Of a stretch of DNA of 64,000 nucleotides, positions 9,684-20,246 are shown one piece after another (positions within the stretch are counted from its first letter, which is position 1; the number at the start of each line of letters is the position of its first letter). The position numbers were made by a program, and so were the translations under genes. Below the pieces are notes generated by a model. The model did not search any database and was not told the origin of the DNA. It saw only the letters and a program-made list of their open reading frames with translations. This stretch comes from Candidatus Latescibacterota bacterium. GTDB lineage: Bacteria; Latescibacterota; UBA2968; UBA8231. Location of the stretch: NCBI GenBank assembly GCA_965223905.1, contig CBDCXV010000009.1:868506-932505 (forward strand), written 5' to 3'.

Positions 9684-12600
9684 GTGTTGCTGTATAAGGA
9701 AATCATGATTTTCAGATTGCTGTCATCCGCTTTTCTTGTTGCTGCCCTGATGGGGGTGGGTTTGACTCCCCTGCCGAGCACAGCGCAGTCAGAGGACGAC
9801 TTATATGAGGTCGCGGTCAGCAACATAGACCGAGGACATAACAGTATAGAACGTCGGGACGTACCTATTGCCCAAGTATTTACTACTGGCAGTAGAGATG
9901 GAGGTTATCGCATTTCCAGTGTCGATATCCGATACAATGATCTTCAGGGTGACGAGTTCTCTGCTGCTATTCATGCAGTATCTGGCGGCTGGCCTACAGA
10001 TGAAGTGGTTCTTGAGCTGGAGACGGAGTATGATTTTTCTTCTACAGGAATTGTTACCTTCACTCCTGCTGAAAGTCCTGGGGACTTTTTGGATGGGGAG
10101 ACGAAGTATGCAGTGGTTGTTGAAGGGATAGATTCTGATAGTGAGATAGATTATCTTACAACGCGGCGTGGAAAAAGACTTGATTGTCGAGTCCCTCCAT
10201 GCGCTTTGGTAGAATCTATTTTGTGTCCACCGCGTCCACAAATATGCAATAACAATACACCAGATCCGTATGGATGGGCTGGCTGGAAGATCAACCCTAA
10301 GCTATCTGTATGGAGGGCTGGGCAGAGTGAATGGGAGATCAGTGGTGTGGGTGAAACCGACTATTATAATAATAATATCGCTCTCTCGATCAGAATCAAT
10401 TCTCCGAGGGTTACGGAGCCTCCGAGGAATCTCAATGCGATCAGCACGTCCAGAGGAGTGATTTTAAGTTGGGATTCTCCTGAGCCATCCGGCGTGTCAC
10501 CCATAACAAGATATCGTCACCGTTCACAGGTAGCTGATGGGTCTGCTGAATGGAGCGACTGGAAAGAAGAGGGTAAGAGGACCAGGTCTGCTACCATTAA
10601 TAGCTCTACCAATAACAGGTATGCTATTACTAAGGGCGTGGAGTATGAGTTCCAGATGCAGGCAGGAAACTTAGGAGGATGGAGTGAAAGTTCGTCTTCT
10701 GTCTTCGCTACTTGGATAGACGGTCCACCAGCCCCCGATCTTTCGTGGACGAACGAATACATCAAGGGAAGTATCGATGTGATGTGGGAGCCGTCTACTT
10801 CAGCCGCTCGGTATGATATTAAATGGAAGTGCCATCGGCTTGTTGACCTCAATGATGGTTGGGCTTCTTGTCCTGACAGAGATTCATCTGATGAGCAAGA
10901 GGCATGGGAGAATATCGGAGATGTGACCGAGTCCAAGGTAGGTGACTGGACTAAGTCAGGTAGTGGTACTAGTAGTAGTTATAGTCATTGGCTTATCTCT
11001 GACGGTAGAGAATACCGAGTTACTGTAAGAGGAGTTGACTCGGAAGGCAACGCGGGATCTGAGAGTTCAGTAGATGTCACGGCCCGGCGTGCTCCTGGAA
11101 AACCCACTGAAGTAAGAGCTGAAGCGTATGAGAATCACATTAAGTTTGACTGGCTTAGTCCTTTTTACAAACCATTATCATCCTTACTCCGAGCAATATC
11201 ACGGCCATGTTGGTCTAGGAAAAGTGAGCCGGGATAAATTGGACTTTGAGTATCGGGTTGATGGTGGGGAGTGGCATAGCGTGAACGATTCATGGCAGCG
11301 TCTCATAATGGAGCCTCCGAGTAAGGATACAATCTACCTGAACAATCTGGAGAGCTCTCGGGATTATCGGATTGAAGTGCGGTCAGTATCTCTAGATAAT
11401 GGTCGTACAGGGAGTTCTGTGTCTGTAACTGAACAATCTGGTTTTTTCACGAGTGACTTTGGTCTTCGTCGCCAGGTTACTGAAGTCAAGCTGAAAACCT
11501 CGGATGTAGTCAAGAGGAGCTCTAATCCAGATCCAAATCATCCAGGCCATCACTGTTCTCTGTTGTCGGTTCGTGGGTGGGATTTTGACTGTTTTTGGAT
11601 AGTAGGGAGTGGTCCTTATCGGATCTGGGAGGAGTTTGAGGATACAGAGTTTTTTCTACCAAGTAATATTGTATTTGTAGATGGTCATGTACAGATTATA
11701 CCAGCGAAATACAAAATCAAGCGTTATTGCTGCAAGGAAGGAACAGGAACAGGCCCTGAAGATCCTGTAGAACCCTATCCTCTCAAATCAGGAGACATTA
11801 TAGCGATGTCTCTGGCTGCCGAGTACCATCATCATGGCGAATGGGTAATCGCTCGATTGACGAACCGACTACCAAGTAGTGTCGTGAGGTTGGAAACTCC
11901 AGGTATGTCTGGGTATCTTGAAGCCTTAGCTGACGGAACTAAGGTAGATCTGGTCTGGGTTACTACTTACCCGGCGTCAACCAGTTATGATATAGAGTGG
12001 TCTACAGATAGTGAGACTTGGCAATCTGTAGATCCTCTTGATGATGGTGGCGACACCATTTACAGTCATACTGGTCTGCAGGAATACACAGGCTACTACT
12101 ATCGAGTTCGTGGCGTAAATAGTCATGGTCCTGGACCGTGGTCTTCAATAGCTGTTACAGAGACTGGAGAGCATGTTCCGGAGCCTACGCCAGTGGAGGA
12201 GCCGGAGCCTGATGAGCCAGAACCTGAACCGGAGCCTGAACCTGAACCTGAACCAGAACCTGAACCGGAGCCTGTAGTACCAGAACCTATACTTCTGACT
12301 GCTAGCTTTGAAGAGGTCCCTGCTACTCATAATGGACATGGTAAGCATGTAACCTTTCGCCTTTCATTTAGCGAGCCGGTTAAAGCCAGCTATCGCACGC
12401 TAAGAGACATTGCCTTACAAGCAACTAATGGTAAGGTGAGAAAGTGCAAGAGGTTCAATGGGAGTAATCAGTTCTGGGATGTTACGGTCAAGGCTCTGTC
12501 CAATGATCCGGTAACAGTCACTCTTAACGGTGGCGTTGCTTGCGGTGAAACGGGTGCAGTCTGCACTGCCGATGAACGGTCCTTGTCCAATAGTCCAAGT

Positions 12601-12915
12601 GTGACCCTTGGATCACCTTCTCCCAAGGTTGTAGCAAAGCAGACAAGGCTGATGAATAATCATCCGAATCCGTTTAATAGCAGCACTCAGATTAGTTATG
12701 AACTGAATGCTGCTTCTCAGGTTCGCTTGACGATCTACAATATCGTCGGTCAAGTAGTGGCTACCTTGGTGGATGAACACCAACAGGCCGGAATCTATCA
12801 GGCGGTATGGGATGGCCGTAATGATCGAGGTAGCAGGGTGGTCAGCGGGGTATACCTGTATCGCTTGCAGGCAGAGGGCTTTGACGCAGTGGAGAGAACG
12901 ACTCTTTTGCAATGA
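9684..12915 (+). pseudogene. Secreted FN3-repeat surface protein with FlgD-like tail, split by one frameshift
   Basis: ORFs 9684-11237 and 11128-12915 join if one T is removed from the T5 run at 11162-11166; signal peptide, N-terminal AQVFTTG domain, FN3 motifs, Pro-Glu linker, NHPNPFN...GVYLYRL tail. Confidence 0.75.
12178..12290 (+). repeat. Pro-Glu dipeptide repeat linker
   Basis: EPEPDEPEPEPEPEPEPEPEPEP encoded by degenerate 6-bp units. Confidence 0.85.
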
Positions 12916-12981
12916 ATATCCCTGTATGGACTACATGAGGACTGGGATCCCGAGGACCTAAGCTCTCCTGATGTAGGGACA

Positions 12982-15666
12982 TTGTATATTTTTGAAGGTT
13001 CAATTTTCCGCCAAATTACCTTGGCTTGGGTAACGAAAATCGGAACTCGAGTCCACCCTTACCGGCCTCCTTACATGACAGCAGAACACCGCCGGTTTTC
13101 CGGAATATCCCGGATTTTCCACGGCCTGTTAATCCTGGCAGCAGCCGTACCCGGCTGGTCGGCCCCGGCTCCACCGGATTGGATCCTGATCGACCCCAGC
13201 GACGAGCCCGGGTTCTGGGTGGTGACCTGGCCTTCGGTTGCCGACGCCGACGGCTACCAGATTTACCTGCAGATCGGGGCCGCCGACGTCGAGGGGGACC
13301 AGGCCCCCGAGCCGGTCCTGGCCCGGTGGGGCTACGTCGAACAACAGGACGGGGTGATCCGGGTCAAGATCGCCGGCCTGTCTCAGGAGACGTTCTCCTT
13401 CGGGGTGGCCACCGTCAAGGACGGGGTCGAATCGGAAATCACCTGGCCGGCACAGCCTTCACAGCCTTCTTCGGCACTCGCGCCACCGGATTCGGTTTGG
13501 GTCGAAGAATACGGAGAAGGTATTGTAGTTCTTGCCTGGACTGCCGTGCCGGGAGCCGATGGGTACAGGATTTACGGAGAGGTCTTAGTGACCGTTGCAT
13601 TGAATTCTCAAGGGGAAATCGTAATCCTTGAAAGCCCAGAAGTAGTTTGGGTGTCGTGGGGCTATGTGGACCAGCAGGATTCGGAAATAATCCGGGCTAC
13701 CATTCCGATCCTGGATGAGGGGCCGCCCGCGCTTGCCGTAGCCGCAGAAAAGGACGGGGTGAAATCAGAAATCGCCTGGCCGCCGGCACATCCGGACTTC
13801 AACCGGGATGGCCAGGTGAACCTCCTCGACTTCTTCCTGCTCGCCGACGCCTTCGGGAGCACCCTCCGGGGATTCGACCTCGACCGGGACGGCCGGGTCG
13901 ACCTAGACGACTATTTCCTGTTCGCCAATGCCTTTCAGACCGGCCAATGGCAACCGGAGAACGCAACGCCCGAGCGAAGCGCCGCAACCGAGACGGTGTA
14001 CATGAATGGCCGAATCCATACCCAGGACCAGGATCTGCCCTGGGCCGAGTCGCTAGTCACCAGGGGCGACCGAATCGTCCTCGTGGGCTCTGACGAGGAC
14101 GCCCTGCGGTATGCCGGTCCGGACGCCAAGCTGGTAGACCTGCAGGGCCGATTCGTGATGCCGGGGATAATCGACGCACACACGCACCCCGGCTTGATCA
14201 GCATCTGGGCCGACCTGTCGGGACTGGATGAAACCGTGGGAGAGAACGCAGAGCCCGCCACACCCGACCGGATGCCGTCCGGGCCGCGGGAGGCGACGCT
14301 GGCCTGGGTGCAACAGTACGCCGACGATCACCCGTGGACTCCCGTGATCTCACAGGGGGTATGGGATGTTGCCGCCTACCTGCCTGACGGCCCCCACAGA
14401 AGAGACCTGGATGAGATTTCCAGCGTAAGACCCATTCTGTTGTACGACAACTCGGGACACAGCGTCTGGGTTAATTCCGCCATGCTACGGCTATTGGGCA
14501 TCGACAGAGATACGCCGGACCTCAGCGAGAACCTGTCGCATTTCGTGCGCGACGAGACCGGAGAGCCCACCGGCTGGCTCAAGGAGTTTGTCCTGACGCA
14601 CTACATGGGTGGCAAGTTGGTACCAAGTTCCGAACAATTGAAGGAACGGATGCTGAAGTACTTGAACTACATGTCGAGCAAAGGCATCACGACCTTGTGG
14701 GACGCCGGCAACTTCAACATGGACGACGCGGTGTACCAGGTCGCCCATGATATCGCGAGAGAAGGCGATCTGCCGTTGCGTTGGGAAGGGTCGTACCACA
14801 TCTGGGCGCCGGATCAAATCGACCTGGCAGCCGAATCCCTGCTCCGGCTGCGGGCAAGATACAGCCACGGCAAACTGCAGTTCAACACCGTCAAGATCCA
14901 CTACGATGGCATGCAGGACATTCTGACCGCCGGCATGCTGGAGCCCTACGTCACAGACCCCGACAACTACGGCGGCGTGCTGTTCACGCCGCAACGATTG
15001 AGCCGCTTCATGCAGGAGCTGGACGGCCACGGCATCGATCTGCACCTGCATGCGGCCGGCGACCGTGCGACCCGAAATATTCTCGACGCCGTCGAGCAGG
15101 CGCGGGCGGCGCTGGGACGGCCTTTGGGAATCGAGGTCACGCTGAGTCACCTGTTCTCGGTCGCCGACAGTGATATCGAACGCTTTCCCGAGTTGAACGT
15201 ACACGCCAATTTCACGCCGCACTGGTTCGGCGGAACGGTGTTCGGGGAGGCCAGAGAGATCAACGTCGGTCCGGAACGGGCCGGCCGCTCTCAGCTCGTC
15301 GGGCATTTCATGCGGCGACAGGCCAGTGTTACGCTCTCCAGCGACGCCGTCCACAACCCGCGGCGGGTGAACCCCTTCATCGGCATCGAAATGAGTATTA
15401 CCCGAAGGGCGATAGACCGGGCTGACGCCGCCGCCCTGCCGCCGTTCGATGCCGGAATCTCATTGGAGCAGGCGCTGGCCGCCTATACCGTCAACGGCGC
15501 TGCGCAACTGGGATTGGAAGAAGAAATCGGCGCCCTAAAGGCCGGCTTGCTGGCGGACTTCATCGTCCTGCCACAAAATCCGTTCGCAACCGACGTGGAG
15601 ACCATCCACGCCATCGAGCCCAGCGCCACAATTGTGGCCGGTGAGCTGCGAAGCGGTAGCCTGTAA
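12982..15666 (+). CDS. Chimeric protein: two FN3-like domains + EF-hand/dockerin-like module + amidohydrolase-3
   Basis: N-part nearly identical to 20622-21482 (DFNRDGQVNLLDF, DLDRDGRVDLDDY); C-part paralogous to 7937-9650; real start probably ATG 13075. Confidence 0.85.
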   Translation: MYIFEGSIFRQITLAWVTKIGTRVHPYRPPYMTAEHRRFSGISRIFHGLLILAAAVPGWSAPAPPDWILIDPSDEPGFWVVTWPSVADADGYQIYLQIGAADVEGDQAPEPVLARWGYVEQQDGVIRVKIAGLSQETFSFGVATVKDGVESEITWPAQPSQPSSALAPPDSVWVEEYGEGIVVLAWTAVPGADGYRIYGEVLVTVALNSQGEIVILESPEVVWVSWGYVDQQDSEIIRATIPILDEGPPALAVAAEKDGVKSEIAWPPAHPDFNRDGQVNLLDFFLLADAFGSTLRGFDLDRDGRVDLDDYFLFANAFQTGQWQPENATPERSAATETVYMNGRIHTQDQDLPWAESLVTRGDRIVLVGSDEDALRYAGPDAKLVDLQGRFVMPGIIDAHTHPGLISIWADLSGLDETVGENAEPATPDRMPSGPREATLAWVQQYADDHPWTPVISQGVWDVAAYLPDGPHRRDLDEISSVRPILLYDNSGHSVWVNSAMLRLLGIDRDTPDLSENLSHFVRDETGEPTGWLKEFVLTHYMGGKLVPSSEQLKERMLKYLNYMSSKGITTLWDAGNFNMDDAVYQVAHDIAREGDLPLRWEGSYHIWAPDQIDLAAESLLRLRARYSHGKLQFNTVKIHYDGMQDILTAGMLEPYVTDPDNYGGVLFTPQRLSRFMQELDGHGIDLHLHAAGDRATRNILDAVEQARAALGRPLGIEVTLSHLFSVADSDIERFPELNVHANFTPHWFGGTVFGEAREINVGPERAGRSQLVGHFMRRQASVTLSSDAVHNPRRVNPFIGIEMSITRRAIDRADAAALPPFDAGISLEQALAAYTVNGAAQLGLEEEIGALKAGLLADFIVLPQNPFATDVETIHAIEPSATIVAGELRSGSL

Positions 15667-15894
15667 GCGGCTGACCAGGCGACGACCGGACGATCCGCAT
15701 GTTGCTGAATCGCCTCGACCCCCGCATCCCCTCCTCGATCAAAGCCGTGTTTCCCATCCACAGTACCGGTTTCCAGGCTGTGTTTGACGCGCTTCCGGGA
15801 AACTTCCCGTACCATGGGAACGAGGGGAGCCGTGCTGTTTCAACCTGACCTGACCTCGCGAACGCTTCTATCGCAACGGGTTGCCCTCCCATGC

Positions 15895-16190
15895 CCGCCT
15901 CTCCTTCAGCGAGCCGGTCAAAGCCAGTTACCGCACGCTGCGGGACAATCGCCCTGCAAGCGACCAACGGCCAAGTAACCAAATCCAAGCGAGTCAACGG
16001 CAGCAATCAATTCTGGGACGTCATGGTCGTGCCCTCGTCCAACGAGCCGGGGACCGTCACCCTGACCGGCGGCGTCGCCTGCGACCAAAGTGGTGCGATC
16101 TGCACCCACGACGACCGGCCCCTGTCCAACAATCCCGGTGTAACCATCGGCTCGCCGCCCGCGTCCAAGATCGTAGCAACGCAGACGAGT
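15895..16190 (+). pseudogene. Frameshifted fragment of a surface-protein domain homologous to 12355-12645
   Basis: RLSFSEPVKASYRTLRD / IALQATNG...NGSNQFWDV...GGVAC...GAICT. Confidence 0.8.
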
Positions 16191-16798
16191 GAAGCCGGAC
16201 TGCTGGTCGTCCTCGACGGCGGCAAGGGACTGTACAAGGCGGTGCGGTCGGTGCTGAAAGGGCATGCCTGCGTACAGCGCTGCCAGTATCACAAGCGCCA
16301 GAACGTCGTCTCGTATCTGCCCAAGAGCGAGCAGGCCCGGATCCGTTACAAAATGGAAGCGGCCTACGGGCAAGCGACGTACGAGGAGGCCAAGGCTGCC
16401 CTGGAGGCGCTCAAGCCGGGCTTGGAGCTGACGAACCAGTCCGCCCTGCACAGCCTCGAGGAAGGCCTGGAAGAGACCCTCACCCTGCACCGCTTGGGAG
16501 TGATGCCGATGTTGAAGAATTCCTTCCGTACCACCAACTGCATCGAGAACGTCAACGGTCTTCTGGGGCAGTTGACGCACAACGTGCGGCGCTGGAGCAA
16601 CTCATCGCAGCGTCACCGCTGGGTAGCCACGGCGCTGTTGGACATCGAACCGCGTCTTCGCCGGGTCAAAGGCTACCGTCACTTACCGACGTTGCGGCAC
16701 GCCCTGCAGGCCGAGCTCGGTATCGAACAGCTCGCTATGACGGGCTGATCTATTCACTCGAGCCTGTGGTTTGTTTCAACTAAAAATGGGACTTGCCC
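16191..16798 (+). mobile_element. IS256-family element, 3' remnant
   Basis: GLLVVLDGGKGL, VQRCQYHKRQNV, SLEEGLEETLT, RTTNCIEN; terminal-like TTCAACTAAAAATGGGACTTGCC after the stop at 16748. Confidence 0.85.
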
Positions 16799-16871
16799 TA
16801 CTCGCCGATCCCGCCCTTTTTTGTTCGACGGTGATCGCGTCTGGTTCATCCACATACATCGGAGGAAAGCC

Positions 16872-17621
16872 ATGCTCGAAAAACTAAACGAGTTCTACGA
16901 ATCACACGGAATATCGCCGGTTGATTTTCGCTGTAAGAAGCGGCAATGTTGCTCGGCCAACTCCCCGGATTTCACGGAAGCCAAGGCGAGTTTCGTGGGT
17001 CCGCTCTATGAAAAGGGAACAGCCCTCCCGCGCTTGCTCTTTCTCTCGATGGACCCCGGTTGCAGCAACCCGAATCCGCAGGAACGTACCACCGAAGCTG
17101 TGCGCAAATGGACCCTCGAATGTGTGGTAGCGGAACTTCCCAAGAACCAGCACTGGTACCTCACCCACGAAATGGCTGTCGAGCTACTCCGCCAGTTCGA
17201 GCCCGAGCTCACGGTCGCCGACACGCCGCAGTACTTTGCCCACGTCAACAGCGCGAAGTGCTGCCAGAACAAGCCTGGGAACAAGGGAGCTGACGCGACC
17301 TTGTTTAAGAATTGCCGCCCGTTCGTTCCGGGAGAACTATGCATCCTGAAGCCGGACGTTATCGTGACGCAAGGCAACCCGGCAAAGGAAGCGATTTGCT
17401 GTAGCTTCCACGTCCGAAAGCATGACGTGCGCAAAATGGAGGGCGCTCACTACGAGACCGGCCTCATCGAACTCGAGCCGAACGGAAAGACGTCCCTCTG
17501 GCTTCATACCTACCATCCCAGTTACTACAAGGGCTTCTATCCACAGCGCGCCCATTGCTGGCCTTTGTATGCGAAAAGGGTCGGTCGATTCTGGCGTTCG
17601 ACGACGGGGGGCAGCCGATAA
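16872..17621 (+). CDS. Uracil-DNA glycosylase superfamily protein
   Basis: GGAGG RBS; LLFLSMDPG, VNSAKCC, ELCILKPDVIVTQG, TYHPS motifs. Confidence 0.75.
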   Translation: MLEKLNEFYESHGISPVDFRCKKRQCCSANSPDFTEAKASFVGPLYEKGTALPRLLFLSMDPGCSNPNPQERTTEAVRKWTLECVVAELPKNQHWYLTHEMAVELLRQFEPELTVADTPQYFAHVNSAKCCQNKPGNKGADATLFKNCRPFVPGELCILKPDVIVTQGNPAKEAICCSFHVRKHDVRKMEGAHYETGLIELEPNGKTSLWLHTYHPSYYKGFYPQRAHCWPLYAKRVGRFWRSTTGGSR

Positions 17622-17794
17622 AGTTGCCGCGCCCCGCTGCACGGGCAGCCGTCGCCGACCGGGCCAGGCAATCTATTCGCGTGCTGGCCGGGACCCCGGC
17701 GCCAAGGCCGTGACCGGGGCAAGCTGGCGGCCCGGGGCGGCCGTCGCCTCGCGCATCCGCTACGACAAGTGAAGGATTAGGAGGAAAATGAGCT

Positions 17795-18715
17795 ATGAGC
17801 TTTTTGAACAAAGTAATGGAAGTACTGGAGTTTGTGGGTGAGGCATTGGAGTCATACCAAGCGCCGAAAACCTATCCGACGCTGCAAGCCGCGTTGCATA
17901 AATATCTCGATGGGGAGGGTTACTTAGTAAAGAAATCTAGCCCATTTTCCGCGAAACTGGAAAAGCCGGGGACGTTTAGCCCAAAGACTGTGACGCTTAC
18001 CGTGAAAGAGGACGGATCTGTGTACATTGTCGAAAGCGGTTTTTTTGGGGAGGAAACCGTATTCCCTAAAACAGCGGGAGCTCCAACACCGGAGAAATTT
18101 AAGCAGACATTGGAAGAAGAGAAAAGAGAAAAGATCGTCTTCACTAGGTTTTTTATGATGTTTGGAAAGCTTGCAAAGGCCGATTCCAAGGTATCAAAAG
18201 AAGAAAAAAACGCTATTAAGGCAATAATGACCGAGGCCGGATTTGACAAAAAGACACGAAAGATGGCCATTGAGCGGGTTAGGAAGGGTAAGGAGACGAA
18301 AACCCCATTTCGGGAAATAGCCATTGAATTTGCAAAAAACGCAAAAGATAAAGAAATGCTAGAAGCTGCTCTGAATTGTCTCGTGCAAATTGCTACTGCT
18401 GATGGCGTGTTACACGCCCAAGAAGAACGCTATCTCAACGAGGCAGTCACCGCCTTTGAATTGCCCTTAGAGACCTTAACGGAAGCATTAGAGGAAATTC
18501 TCCCAGATATGGAGAGGTACTATGGGATCTTGGGCTGTGATTCTTCAGTTTCGGATGACGAATTGAAACGGTGCTACCGCGAAATTATTCAGCAATATCA
18601 CCCTGATCGAACATCCTCAAAGGATCTAGCCCCGAGTATTATCGAATTCGCTAACCATAAATTTCAAGAAATTCAAAACGCATATGAAGCTATAGTCGAA
18701 AATCGAAAAAGGTAA
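17795..18715 (+). CDS. DjlA-like TerB + C-terminal J-domain protein
   Basis: AGGAGG RBS; GKLAKADSKVSKEE and QIATADGVLHAQE (TerB); YYGILG...QQYHPDR...FQEIQNAYE (J-domain with HPD). Confidence 0.85.
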   Translation: MSFLNKVMEVLEFVGEALESYQAPKTYPTLQAALHKYLDGEGYLVKKSSPFSAKLEKPGTFSPKTVTLTVKEDGSVYIVESGFFGEETVFPKTAGAPTPEKFKQTLEEEKREKIVFTRFFMMFGKLAKADSKVSKEEKNAIKAIMTEAGFDKKTRKMAIERVRKGKETKTPFREIAIEFAKNAKDKEMLEAALNCLVQIATADGVLHAQEERYLNEAVTAFELPLETLTEALEEILPDMERYYGILGCDSSVSDDELKRCYREIIQQYHPDRTSSKDLAPSIIEFANHKFQEIQNAYEAIVENRKR

Positions 18716-18720
18716 AGGAA

Positions 18721-19545
18721 ATGGCAGAATTAAATGAGTATGAGAAAATTCAGATAAAGGAGATTGAAAAGTGGAAAAATGAAGATCCTGGAGTGGTCAG
18801 CCAAACTATGGGTAAAGCCATCGAACCACTCGCTTGGCTCTTAAGGAAACTTGTGCCCGATGCTGCCATACGAGGAGCTCTATACTTCTCAAATACGATG
18901 GCGGAGTGGTTGACAGATACTAAAGATGTTCTTCGTGATGGAGAAGTGGCCAAAGTTTCCGATCTTCGGAAAAAAAGTCTCGAACTCTCCGACAAACTGG
19001 CAGATTCAGTCCACAACTGCGCCATAGGTATCGCTGCAAGTGAAGGAACTGCCACGGGGATCTTTGGATTACCTGCGACAGCTGTAGATGTACCGGTGGT
19101 GGTCACTCTGGCTTTACGGACGATTCACAAAATTGGCATCTGTTACGGGTACGAAAGTACTAACGACACGGAAAAAAAGTTCATCCTGGGCATTATGGCT
19201 GCCTCTAGTGCAAACAGCCAATCCGAGAAAGTGGCAGCTATTGCAACACTTAGATCCATCGAGACCACACTTGCTAAGGTCACATGGAAGAAAATGGCTG
19301 AGAAGGCCGCCGAGAGCCAAGTCAGCAAAGAGGCAGCCATTCTTTCAATCAAAAGTTTGGCCAAGCAGTTAGGGGTTAACATTACTAAGCGAAAAGCCTT
19401 AGCAGCAATACCCGTCGTGGGAGCCATCATTGGAGGATCTGTAAATGCCTGGTTTCTCAAGGAGTGTGGATGGGCGGCTCGAAGAGCATTCCAAGAACGA
19501 TGGCTTATTGAGAATTGTAAAATTGAAAGTACGCGACCGTCCTGA
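18721..19545 (+). CDS. EcsC-family protein
   Basis: EGTATGIFGLPATAVDVP..TLALRTIHKIGICYGY; KALAAIPVVGAIIGGSVNAWF...FQERWL; 5 bp after the preceding stop. Confidence 0.85.
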   Translation: MAELNEYEKIQIKEIEKWKNEDPGVVSQTMGKAIEPLAWLLRKLVPDAAIRGALYFSNTMAEWLTDTKDVLRDGEVAKVSDLRKKSLELSDKLADSVHNCAIGIAASEGTATGIFGLPATAVDVPVVVTLALRTIHKIGICYGYESTNDTEKKFILGIMAASSANSQSEKVAAIATLRSIETTLAKVTWKKMAEKAAESQVSKEAAILSIKSLAKQLGVNITKRKALAAIPVVGAIIGGSVNAWFLKECGWAARRAFQERWLIENCKIESTRPS

Positions 19546-19640
19546 GTCTCAACGCCCCAAGCAACATATTGGAATGTCAGGCAACACCCTGGCGCCTTCA
19601 AAATCAGCGCCGCATCGTGCCCAAGGGAGGGCTTACCTCC

Positions 19641-20246
19641 ATGAAAGTGACGCTGGATTTTCTGCTTCTGCCTTTTCTGTCCTATGCCGATGAAGCCTTT
19701 GTCGGCACGTGGCAGAGCGGTTCTGATGTGGCCGAAATAGGCAACGACGGCACGGTCGTTCTCCATACCAGCATCGAAGTAGCCGAAGTGGTGACTGCCA
19801 CCGAATTGGGATTCGGCGAATATCCTGATACCGAGGAAGTTCTGGCGGTGCTGCTGGAAGGCCGAAGAATCCACGCATCCCTTGCGGGAACATGGAAAAT
19901 TCGCGGGAGCCGGTTTGTGACCGGGTACCAGACGGCCGAGACGATGGGGTGGGATGAGATCGTCCAGGACATCATGGACGTGGCAGGCCCGGTTATCGAG
20001 GCTCGCCTGGAGAGGTCCAGCCAGGAAAACCGAAAGGCCATGGTATCGGCCTACAGGGAATTGGTGTCTTCCCTGTTCTCGGCTGAGGAGACTTTCCGGA
20101 TCGGAGAGGAAATCTCTGTCGCCTGGAGTTTCGAAGGCGATGCCCTTACCCTGGGCGAGGCGGTCTACAACAGGGCGGGTTCAACCGCCGTCAAGTCCGT
20201 ATCCTGGGGAGAACTGAAGAAAACAGGGAGGAGATGGGGGAGATAA
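19641..20246 (+). CDS. Hypothetical secreted protein with C-terminal TAVKSVSWGELKK motif
   Basis: ATG after GGGAGGG; short hydrophobic leader; FVGTW and LAGTW lipocalin-like starts; characteristic tail. Confidence 0.65.
   Translation: MKVTLDFLLLPFLSYADEAFVGTWQSGSDVAEIGNDGTVVLHTSIEVAEVVTATELGFGEYPDTEEVLAVLLEGRRIHASLAGTWKIRGSRFVTGYQTAETMGWDEIVQDIMDVAGPVIEARLERSSQENRKAMVSAYRELVSSLFSAEETFRIGEEISVAWSFEGDALTLGEAVYNRAGSTAVKSVSWGELKKTGRRWGR

Noticed and set aside
15891-16748. Surface domain-transposase fusion as a functional protein
   Set aside because: Both halves are truncated and the transposase lacks its N-terminal part
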